A stretch of 34,562 bases of DNA from Candidatus Woesearchaeota archaeon (lineage in GTDB: Archaea; Nanobdellota; Nanobdellia; SCGC-AAA011-G17; JACPIM01), in contig CBFDDQ010000002.1 of NCBI GenBank assembly GCA_965603615.1, positions 1-34,562 on the forward strand, read 5' to 3'. Both the position numbers and the translations under genes were made by a program. Positions 15,916-23,044 of the stretch are shown here, piece by piece (position 1 is the stretch's first letter; every line of letters begins with the position of its first letter). The notes under the pieces are model-generated. The model was given only the letters and a program-made list of their open reading frames with translations. It searched no databases and was not told the origin of the DNA.

Positions 15916-17676
15916 ATGTCAAGAATAGCCATAGTAAAAAGAGAAGATTGTGCTCCAAATAGTTGCGCCTATCTCTGTGTAAAACTCTGCCCAGTTAACA
16001 GAACAAAGCAGGACTGCATAATAAAAAAAGAAAAAATAACAATAAATGAAGACCTCTGCACAGGTTGTGGAATCTGTCAAAATCGTTGCCCATTCCAGGC
16101 AATCCAAATTGTAAATCTTCCGGAAAAACTAGAAAACCCAATTCACAGATATGGAGCAAACCAGTTTGAACTTTTCAACCTGCCAACAATCAAAAAAAAT
16201 AAAATAATAGGAATCATAGGAAGAAATGGTATAGGTAAATCAACTTCATTGCAAATATTAACAAACTCAATAAAGCCAAACCTAGGTAACTTAGAAACTC
16301 AACCAGATAATAAAGAAATAATAAACAAATACTCAAACACATACCTAGCAAATTATTTCAAAAATCTCTTCTCAAATAAAATTAAAGTTTCTTACAAACC
16401 GCAAAGAGTAGAATTATTAGCAAAATTATACAAAAATAAAAAAGTTATAGACTTAATCAAAAAAATAGATGAAAAAAAACAAGGAGAAAACCTCCTAAAA
16501 CAATTAGACATAGAAAATATAAAAAATAGAAAAATAAATGAATTATCTGGCGGTGAACTCCAAAGACTTGCAATAATTGCAGCAATAATAAAAAAAGCAG
16601 AAATATATTATTTTGATGAACCAACATCTTTCTTAGATATAACACACAGAATTAAAGCAGCTAACATAATAAAAAAATTAGCAAAAAATGCAACAGTTAT
16701 AGTAATTGAGCATGACTTGGCAACTTTAGACTACATCTCAGATGAAATACAAATTATCTACGGAGAACCAGCAGCTTATGGTATAATCTCACAGCCAAAA
16801 GCAATTAGAAGAGGAATAAATGAATACCTGGATGGCTATCTCCCAGAAGACAATGTTCGTTTCAGAAATTACTCAATAAAATTCCAAAAATCACCAAAAG
16901 AAAGACCAAAATCAAAAGATATTTTATTCTCATTCCCAGAACTGGAAAAATCATACAAAACTTTCAAATTAAAAACATCTAAAGGAGATATTTACAAGCA
17001 GGAAGTATTATGTGTAATGGGTTCAAATGGTTTGGGTAAAACAACTTTCTTAAAATTATTAGCAGGCATAGAAAAACCAGACAAAGGAGAAATACAAAAA
17101 CAAACAATCTCCTACAAACCTCAATACTTAGAAATTTTACCAGGAACAGTTCTGCAAAATCTGCAAAAAGCAGCAAAAGAAAAACTAAACTCTGGATGGT
17201 TCAAGCAAAATATTCTAGAAAAATTAGGTTTAAACAGAATCTTAAACCAAGAAACCAAAAACCTCTCAGGTGGAGAGCTTCAAAAACTTCACATAGCTCT
17301 TACATTATCAAAAGATGCAAAAATCTTGGCATTTGACGAGCCATCAGCATTCATAGATGTAGAAGACAGGTTAAAAGTTGCAGAAATAATAAAAGAATTC
17401 ACGCAAAAGCAGGAAATCTGCGCTATAGTAGTAGACCATGACATCCAATTTATTGACTATCTGGCAGACTCAATGCTAGTATTTGAAGGCACACCAGCAA
17501 AAACAGGAATAATTAATGAACCATGCTCAAAAAAACAAGGAATGAATAAAATTTTAAAACAACTTAACATAACCTACAGAAAAGACAAAGAAACAAACAG
17601 GCCGAGAATTAACAAACCAAACTCGCAGTTAGATACTCAGCAAAAAAACAAAGGAGAATATTATTATACTTCATAA
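15916..17676 (+). CDS. abce1: ABCE1 / RNase L inhibitor-type ribosome recycling ATPase
   Basis: N-terminal 2x[4Fe-4S] Cys clusters (CAPNSCAYLCVKLCP, CTGCGICQNRCP). Two ABC cassettes with Walker A GRNGIGKST and GSNGLGKTT, and signatures LSGGELQR and LSGGELQK. Confidence 0.95.
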   Translation: MSRIAIVKREDCAPNSCAYLCVKLCPVNRTKQDCIIKKEKITINEDLCTGCGICQNRCPFQAIQIVNLPEKLENPIHRYGANQFELFNLPTIKKNKIIGIIGRNGIGKSTSLQILTNSIKPNLGNLETQPDNKEIINKYSNTYLANYFKNLFSNKIKVSYKPQRVELLAKLYKNKKVIDLIKKIDEKKQGENLLKQLDIENIKNRKINELSGGELQRLAIIAAIIKKAEIYYFDEPTSFLDITHRIKAANIIKKLAKNATVIVIEHDLATLDYISDEIQIIYGEPAAYGIISQPKAIRRGINEYLDGYLPEDNVRFRNYSIKFQKSPKERPKSKDILFSFPELEKSYKTFKLKTSKGDIYKQEVLCVMGSNGLGKTTFLKLLAGIEKPDKGEIQKQTISYKPQYLEILPGTVLQNLQKAAKEKLNSGWFKQNILEKLGLNRILNQETKNLSGGELQKLHIALTLSKDAKILAFDEPSAFIDVEDRLKVAEIIKEFTQKQEICAIVVDHDIQFIDYLADSMLVFEGTPAKTGIINEPCSKKQGMNKILKQLNITYRKDKETNRPRINKPNSQLDTQQKNKGEYYYTS

Positions 17677-17904
17677 TTCCATAATATCATTTTTAATATT
17701 TTTCAATTTTTTGTTAAAAGCGTGTCTAAAATACACAATAAAAAGCAATAAAGCCAACATAGTTAGTACCTTAAATTTTATAGAATAATCACTTAATATT
17801 AAACCAATAACCAATGTACCAACCAAAATAAATACAACATTTTGATTGTTTAAAATTCTATTATATTCTAAATCATACAAATTTTTTTTAATTTCTTTTT
17901 TCAT
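17671..17904 (-). CDS. small 2-TM membrane protein, unknown function
   Basis: 77-aa ORF with two hydrophobic helices. Convergent with, and 6 nt overlapping, the ABCE1 end. Confidence 0.45.
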   Translation of the reverse strand: MKKEIKKNLYDLEYNRILNNQNVVFILVGTLVIGLILSDYSIKFKVLTMLALLLFIVYFRHAFNKKLKNIKNDIMEL

Positions 17905-18059
17905 TATACTACATCCAAAAGATAAACTAATCCAAAAAGAGATAAAGATATACCAGCAACAGGATTTTCTAAATTAAAAAACAAGATTATTCCAACCACT
18001 AATAATATAGTAGAAATTACTTTTTGTGTTTTATCATTATTAAAAGGCCATAAACTCAT
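17904..18059 (-). CDS. possible 51-aa membrane protein (not in the track)
   Basis: Hand translation: MSLWPFNNDKTQKVISTILLVVGIILFFNLENPVAGISLSLFGLVYLLDVV. Its TAA overlaps the next ATG (TAATG). Confidence 0.3.
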   Translation of the reverse strand: MSLWPFNNDKTQKVISTILLVVGIILFFNLENPVAGISLSLFGLVYLLDVV

Positions 18060-18095
18060 TTTATTATATTAATTCCTATTTATATTTAAATCTTC

Positions 18096-19274
18096 CTAAA
18101 TATTAACTTTCTCATCTAAAAAATAAAAACTAAACTTCTCAGCAATAGAAGCTAGAATTATAGAATACAAAATAAACAAGAAGCTCAAATCAATTATAGG
18201 CTTCAAAGCAGGAACTTCTGCAACCTGGGAAACAAGAATAAAAGCAACAACAGCAACTGCAACACCTTTAGCCATATTCATCCCCATAAACAATTTATGT
18301 TTAATACTCAAATGAGTACTTCTGAAAGCTAAATTTACAGCAACAAACCTGATCAAAATATAAATTAAAAATAATATTCCAGACTTAATCAAAAAGTCAA
18401 TATCTCTAAAAGGTATTTTAATTAACAAACCAAGTAAAATAAAAACCATTATTTTTAAAAAAGTAGTAAATGTTTCAGAAAAGCTTTGCAAAGTTTCTTT
18501 ATGTTTTATACTCATAATCCCATATATAATTCCAAGGGCAGTAACAGCTAGTATTCCTGAACCTCCAATCAATTCAGCTAAAGTATAAGTAATCAAAGCA
18601 GAAGCTATAATAACTATTGGCGACAATATATGCGAATAACTCTCTTTCATTAATCTAAAAACAATCAATCCTACAACTATACCTGTACCAACACCAGTCA
18701 TTATACTTTGTAAAAAAGTTGTAAACAATTGCCCAGCAACTAAACTACCTTTATAGATATCCAGCAAAACCAGAGGCATAAGAACCATCAAAGGTGTGTT
18801 TAATATGCTCTCAAATTCTAAAATTTCAACAATCTTATTCTTGCTCTCTTTCAACAAGCTCAAAACAGCTGAAGGTGAAGTGCCAGACATTAAAGCAGCA
18901 AACAATCCAGAGATTAAAAAAGCCTTAATAGTAAAAGCTTTATCAAAAATTAAATGGACTGATAAAGTTAAAAATACAAGAGTGAAAATAAAAAATATTA
19001 GAGCTAATTCTAATGCATAAGGTGAAACAGTTTTTATCTCTTTAGGTTTAAACCTGGAAGCAGATGAAAAAATAATCATTATCAAAGCAAAGATTGCAAA
19101 CCCGGTAATAAAACCAGGATGTAATTTTATAGGTTCAAAATGCCCTACTATTATACCAAAAACCAATAAAAGTAAAACATCAGAGATTCTTATCTTTACA
19201 GAGATAATAGAAATTATTATTCCTACTAATAAGAACAATGAAAACCATGTTAAATCAACAAGATACGGCTGCAT
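18096..19274 (-). CDS. cation/proton antiporter family (CPA1/NhaP-like) membrane protein with substituted ion-binding motifs
   Basis: 392 aa, ~11-12 TM helices. It aligns by eye to the CPA motifs S-x-T-D-P-x-A-V (here SGTSPSAV) and E-S-x-L-N-D (here ESILNT). Confidence 0.6.
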   Translation of the reverse strand: MQPYLVDLTWFSLFLLVGIIISIISVKIRISDVLLLLVFGIIVGHFEPIKLHPGFITGFAIFALIMIIFSSASRFKPKEIKTVSPYALELALIFFIFTLVFLTLSVHLIFDKAFTIKAFLISGLFAALMSGTSPSAVLSLLKESKNKIVEILEFESILNTPLMVLMPLVLLDIYKGSLVAGQLFTTFLQSIMTGVGTGIVVGLIVFRLMKESYSHILSPIVIIASALITYTLAELIGGSGILAVTALGIIYGIMSIKHKETLQSFSETFTTFLKIMVFILLGLLIKIPFRDIDFLIKSGILFLIYILIRFVAVNLAFRSTHLSIKHKLFMGMNMAKGVAVAVVAFILVSQVAEVPALKPIIDLSFLFILYSIILASIAEKFSFYFLDEKVNI

Positions 19275-19305
19275 ATTTACCTCTTTTCTAATAAATAAGA
19301 ATAGA

Positions 19306-19316
19306 TTTATATATAA
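19306..19316 (+). promoter_or_regulatory. candidate TATA box for cca (leaderless-type spacing)
   Basis: tttatatataa centred ~25 nt upstream of the ATG at 19336. Confidence 0.4.
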
Positions 19317-19335
19317 ATTTAACTCAATTTAAATT

Positions 19336-20472
19336 ATGTTAAAAAACATTCTTGAAAAAATTAAACCAACAAAAGAAGAAGAAAGAAAAGTAAGAGATGT
19401 AACAGAAGAAATAATAAAAAAACTTAAACAGCTAAATCTCAATCCCATACTAGGTGGTTCAGGAGCAAAAGGCACCTGGTTAAAAGGAAATCATGATTTA
19501 GACATATTTGTAAAATTTAAAAAACCTAAAAACATCTCAAAAATCTTAGAGCAAAAACTAAAGAAAAAATTCAAAATTGAAAAACTTCATGGCTCAAGAG
19601 ACTATTTCAGAATACAAAAAAAGAAGTTTACACTTGAAATAATTCCTATATTAGATATAAGAAAAGCTTCTCAAGCACAAAATATAACAGATGTTTCTCC
19701 ATTGCATATAAAATGGGTAAACAAGCACAAAAAATATATTGATGATATAAGACTGGCAAAAGCATTTGTAATATCACAAAACCTCTACGGTGCAGAATCA
19801 TACATCAAAGGCTTCTCAGGTTATGTTCTTGAAATACTAACTATCCATTACAAAGGTTTTAATAATCTAGTTAAAAATGTAGCAAAATGGAAATCAAAAG
19901 TTATAATTGACACAGAAAAACAACTTAAAGATCCTCTTAAAGAACTAAATATTTCAAAAATACAATCTCCATTAATCCTTGTAGACCCAGTAGATAAAGC
20001 AAGAAATGCAGCAGCAGTCTTATCTGTTGAAAACTTTGAAAAATTCAAAAAAACCTGCAAAGCTTACATTAAAAAACCATCTGAAAAATTCTTTGTTGAA
20101 AAACCAGTAAAAATACCAAAGGAAGCTGTTATTATTAAATTCAAAACACCAAAAGGCAAAAGAGATATAGTAGGTGCCAAACTGCTCAAAAAAATTAATT
20201 TCTTAGTTATGAAGCTTAATAAAGAAGGTTTTAAAGTCAAAATTTCTGGCTGGTCCTGGGATAAATACTGGTTTAAAGCTAAATACAAAGAACTGCCTGA
20301 ATTAAAGGAAATTCAAGGACCTCCTCTATTTATAGAAGAGCATGTTAAAAAATTCAAAAAAGCGCACAAAAACACCTATATTAGAAGCAAAAGACTATAT
20401 ACCAAAGTTAAAAGAAAACACCCAAAAATAGAAAATTTCTTAAGATACTGGATGAAAAATCAGGTATTTTGA
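19336..20472 (+). CDS. cca: archaeal class-I CCA-adding enzyme (tRNA nucleotidyltransferase)
   Basis: GGSGAKGTWLKGNHDLDIFV nucleotidyltransferase motif and overall archaeal CCA layout. At 378 aa it is shorter than the ~440-aa archaeal enzymes I recall. Confidence 0.8.
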   Translation: MLKNILEKIKPTKEEERKVRDVTEEIIKKLKQLNLNPILGGSGAKGTWLKGNHDLDIFVKFKKPKNISKILEQKLKKKFKIEKLHGSRDYFRIQKKKFTLEIIPILDIRKASQAQNITDVSPLHIKWVNKHKKYIDDIRLAKAFVISQNLYGAESYIKGFSGYVLEILTIHYKGFNNLVKNVAKWKSKVIIDTEKQLKDPLKELNISKIQSPLILVDPVDKARNAAAVLSVENFEKFKKTCKAYIKKPSEKFFVEKPVKIPKEAVIIKFKTPKGKRDIVGAKLLKKINFLVMKLNKEGFKVKISGWSWDKYWFKAKYKELPELKEIQGPPLFIEEHVKKFKKAHKNTYIRSKRLYTKVKRKHPKIENFLRYWMKNQVF

Positions 20473-20548
20473 TACTACTTTAGAGTAACTAATAAACGAA
20501 AGATTTATAAAGGTATAATTCTACTAAAATACTATAAAGGTAATTAAA

Positions 20549-21802
20549 ATGACAGAAAAAAGAAATAAAGGACAATTTGCAAAAGGTAATACTCCTTGGA
20601 ATAGAGGTATGCATAGTCCTAAAAAGCCAGAACCTAAAAAAACACCATATCAAATATTTATGCAAAAAAAAGCTCTTAATCAAAACAGAAATAAGCAGGG
20701 AGATTTTATAAAAGAAACTGAATCTACAAAACCTGCTGAGAAGTATCAACCAGCTTCAAGTTCTGAACATGATGAAGAACCTGTATTTAATGAAGAACCT
20801 ATATTTGAGGAAGTACCTGAATTTTATGAAACATCACCTTTTATATTAGAACAATCTGAGGAAGAACCTGTATTTGATGAAGAAAGACATGAAAGACTAA
20901 GAAGAGAATATGATGAATTCCTAAACAGAACAGAAGAAAGAGCTAGAGAACAAAGTAGACCAGAAGAAGTTACAGAAGTTATAGATGAAAGTCCTAGAGA
21001 ACCAGCTTCAAATAATCTTAGAATTGTTAGAAGACCAACTACTCAAAGTAGACAAGAATCTGTTAGAGAACCAAGTAGACCTACTCAAAATAGACCAGAA
21101 CCTGCTAGAGAACCAAGTAGACCAGCACCTACAAATGTAATTCCTAGAAGACCTACTGGAAATGTGGATAGTGGAGATATAGGAGTAGAAAAAGTAAAAG
21201 CATATATGGATGTTATTAGCGGAAAGGATAGACCAAATAATCTTTCAATCCCTAAAATTGCAAGTATAATTAAAAAAAGCGCACTAGATACATATTCCCA
21301 AAACACAGATAGAGAAGGAAAAGCTTCTGAAGATTATACAACTACAGCAGAAAATATTTATCAAAGTATGATTAATTTTATTAATTCTGAAAGTGTATGG
21401 GGTAATATTGATTCAATACCTAGTGAAAAAGGAAAAAAAGAACACAAAAGAAGATCTAGAGAAGTTTTAGGTATAAAACTAGAAGAGTTTAAAGAAGAAT
21501 TTAAAGGTGCTGTAGATTGGGATGATTTATCTAGCACATACATAAGACCTGCTACAAAAAGATTGAGTGATAGGTTAACTGAAAATGAAACAATAGATTT
21601 AGTAGAAAATGAAGAAATGTTACTAAGTAATACTGTTAAAGATTATTTAGCTAATAGAGGAAGAGAAGCAGGTATGGATTACATAAGAGAAGACAAAATA
21701 GTAACACTTACTGATGTAATGGAACATATCAGATCTGTTTTAAATCAAGAAGCACATAGAGAAGGTGTAGAAAAAGCCTTAGGTTATAGAGAAGCAGCAT
21801 AA
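20549..21802 (+). CDS. hypothetical protein: basic N-terminus, 149-aa Lys-free acidic/Pro/Arg repeat region, globular C-terminal half
   Basis: 417-aa ORF with an AGGT 7-8 nt before the ATG. Repeats EEPVF[ND]EE and REPSRP. No family recognised. Confidence 0.6.
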   Translation: MTEKRNKGQFAKGNTPWNRGMHSPKKPEPKKTPYQIFMQKKALNQNRNKQGDFIKETESTKPAEKYQPASSSEHDEEPVFNEEPIFEEVPEFYETSPFILEQSEEEPVFDEERHERLRREYDEFLNRTEERAREQSRPEEVTEVIDESPREPASNNLRIVRRPTTQSRQESVREPSRPTQNRPEPAREPSRPAPTNVIPRRPTGNVDSGDIGVEKVKAYMDVISGKDRPNNLSIPKIASIIKKSALDTYSQNTDREGKASEDYTTTAENIYQSMINFINSESVWGNIDSIPSEKGKKEHKRRSREVLGIKLEEFKEEFKGAVDWDDLSSTYIRPATKRLSDRLTENETIDLVENEEMLLSNTVKDYLANRGREAGMDYIREDKIVTLTDVMEHIRSVLNQEAHREGVEKALGYREAA

Positions 21803-21806
21803 TTTT

Positions 21807-22619
21807 TTATTTTTTTTCTATAAATTTTTTCATACCACTAACAAAAGTCTCAGCTAGTTTTCTATATTTTTCATACTCAGCCCCAGAAATACTTTTAATC
21901 TCCCTGTGAGTAATTTTTTTAGACAACTTATATAATTTCCTCATAACATCTGCATACTTTCTATTTATATGTCTCTCACCAACCAATCTTCTTTCAAGTA
22001 AATCAGCAACATGGTCAGGACTCGGTGGTATCTCGCCTAATTTCATCAAAGCAGCATGAGCAGCATCAATTGCAGCCCAATACAAATCTATAGTAGCAGT
22101 CAGCAGATGCTGTCTGCTTCTGTGCAGTGAAGCAGGAGCCATTGTAAAATAAGTATAAATTGCTTCCTCACTAGGTCTTATTCTCCCCTGGTCTAACAAA
22201 GCCTGTAAAGGGTCAAAAAACCCAGTATCAACAAGAGCCAAACCACTTCTCAAAATATTTATAGCAACAGGATCCCCAGCCCTGACATACTCCCAGAACT
22301 GTGTAAACTTCATTGATTGTATATGCAGTCTTTGAGGGTCAACAGCAGCAATGCACTTTTGTGTTATAATTCTGTAAGTTTCAATTAATTCTTTGGAAAA
22401 CAAAACAGTAACATCATCCAGCACAATTAACACATCCAAATCCCTATACTTGGCTCCAGGTGTTTTAACAGAACTCCCAAATAAAACTATAGCCTTAATA
22501 AAAGTACCAAACTCTTTGTACATCAACTTAGCAAACTTTCTTGCTATATTAATATCATGCTGAAGATACTTGTCAATTAACTTAGCTCTTCTCTCAGACT
22601 TAGTTTCTTTAAATTTCAT
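21807..22619 (-). CDS. fused nucleotidyltransferase (Pol-beta/MNT-type) - HEPN-like protein
   Basis: NTase motif LFGSSVKTPGAKYRDLDVLIVLDD. The C-terminal helical half (AAIDAAHAALMKLGEIPPSPDHVADLL...ERHINRKYADV) resembles HEPN. Confidence 0.7.
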   Translation of the reverse strand: MKFKETKSERRAKLIDKYLQHDINIARKFAKLMYKEFGTFIKAIVLFGSSVKTPGAKYRDLDVLIVLDDVTVLFSKELIETYRIITQKCIAAVDPQRLHIQSMKFTQFWEYVRAGDPVAINILRSGLALVDTGFFDPLQALLDQGRIRPSEEAIYTYFTMAPASLHRSRQHLLTATIDLYWAAIDAAHAALMKLGEIPPSPDHVADLLERRLVGERHINRKYADVMRKLYKLSKKITHREIKSISGAEYEKYRKLAETFVSGMKKFIEKK

Positions 22620-22658
22620 CTCAACCTCTTTTTTAATAATTAAATACTTATCATTTAT

Positions 22659-22904
22659 TTAATTATGCTTTTTTAGATGCTCTTCAAATCTTACTCTAAA
22701 TTCTTCAAACCTTGTTTTAAATTCTTCAAATTTACCATGAATTTTATTTATAACACCATGATTTTTGACAGATAAACCAACATTAACTAAAAATATTCCT
22801 AAAATCAACTGTTCAAATGTTGGAGAATTTCCAAATATATACCAAAAAAATAAAACTAGCAATACAATAAACCCAACAATCAATACTATATCCTCTTTTT
22901 CCAT
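22659..22904 (-). CDS. small 2-TM membrane protein with C-terminal EEF[KR] repeats (paralogue of 11626..11937)
   Basis: 81 aa. Shares IFG[HN]S[AP]T, [IL][MI][IL]G[LI]F[IL] and [GE]EFKT[KR] with ORF 11626..11937. The tail is FEEFKTRFEEFRVRFEEH. Confidence 0.55.
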   Translation of the reverse strand: MEKEDIVLIVGFIVLLVLFFWYIFGNSPTFEQLILGIFLVNVGLSVKNHGVINKIHGKFEEFKTRFEEFRVRFEEHLKKHN

Positions 22905-22905
22905 T

Positions 22906-23001
22906 TTAATTTTTTACAAATGAAAGTATAAACACTATAATTATAATCACTAATGTAACCCACATTACTATTTCAACCCAATCAATTTTCTTACTTTTCA
23001 T
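22906..23001 (-). CDS. possible 31-aa single-TM peptide
   Basis: MKSKKIDWVEIVMWVTLVIIIIVFILSFVKN, preceded by the same 25-nt GAGGT-containing leader as gene 21807..22619. The longer track ORF (to 23166) overlaps the end of the upstream gene. Confidence 0.35.
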   Translation of the reverse strand: MKSKKIDWVEIVMWVTLVIIIIVFILSFVKN

Positions 23002-23044
23002 CTCAACCTCTTTTTTAATATAGCTAATTTTATTCTTTTTAAAT

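Noticed and set aside
16457-17176. Minus-strand ORFs 16457..16645 and 16979..17176 (also 15919..16107)
   Set aside because: They are antisense shadows within ABCE1.
20506-20542. Direct repeat TATAAAGGTA (20506..20515 and 20533..20542) as a novel regulatory repeat
   Set aside because: It is more simply read as a TATA box (first copy, ~38 nt before the ATG at 20549) plus an AGGT ribosome-binding site (second copy). Ten nt in an AT-rich spacer is not compelling on its own.
20489-20749. 86-aa minus-strand ORF overlapping the start of gene 20549..21802
   Set aside because: Its Phe/Leu/Ser/Cys-rich shadow translation spans the promoter/RBS region and the basic N-terminus of the plus-strand gene, and no signal supports it.
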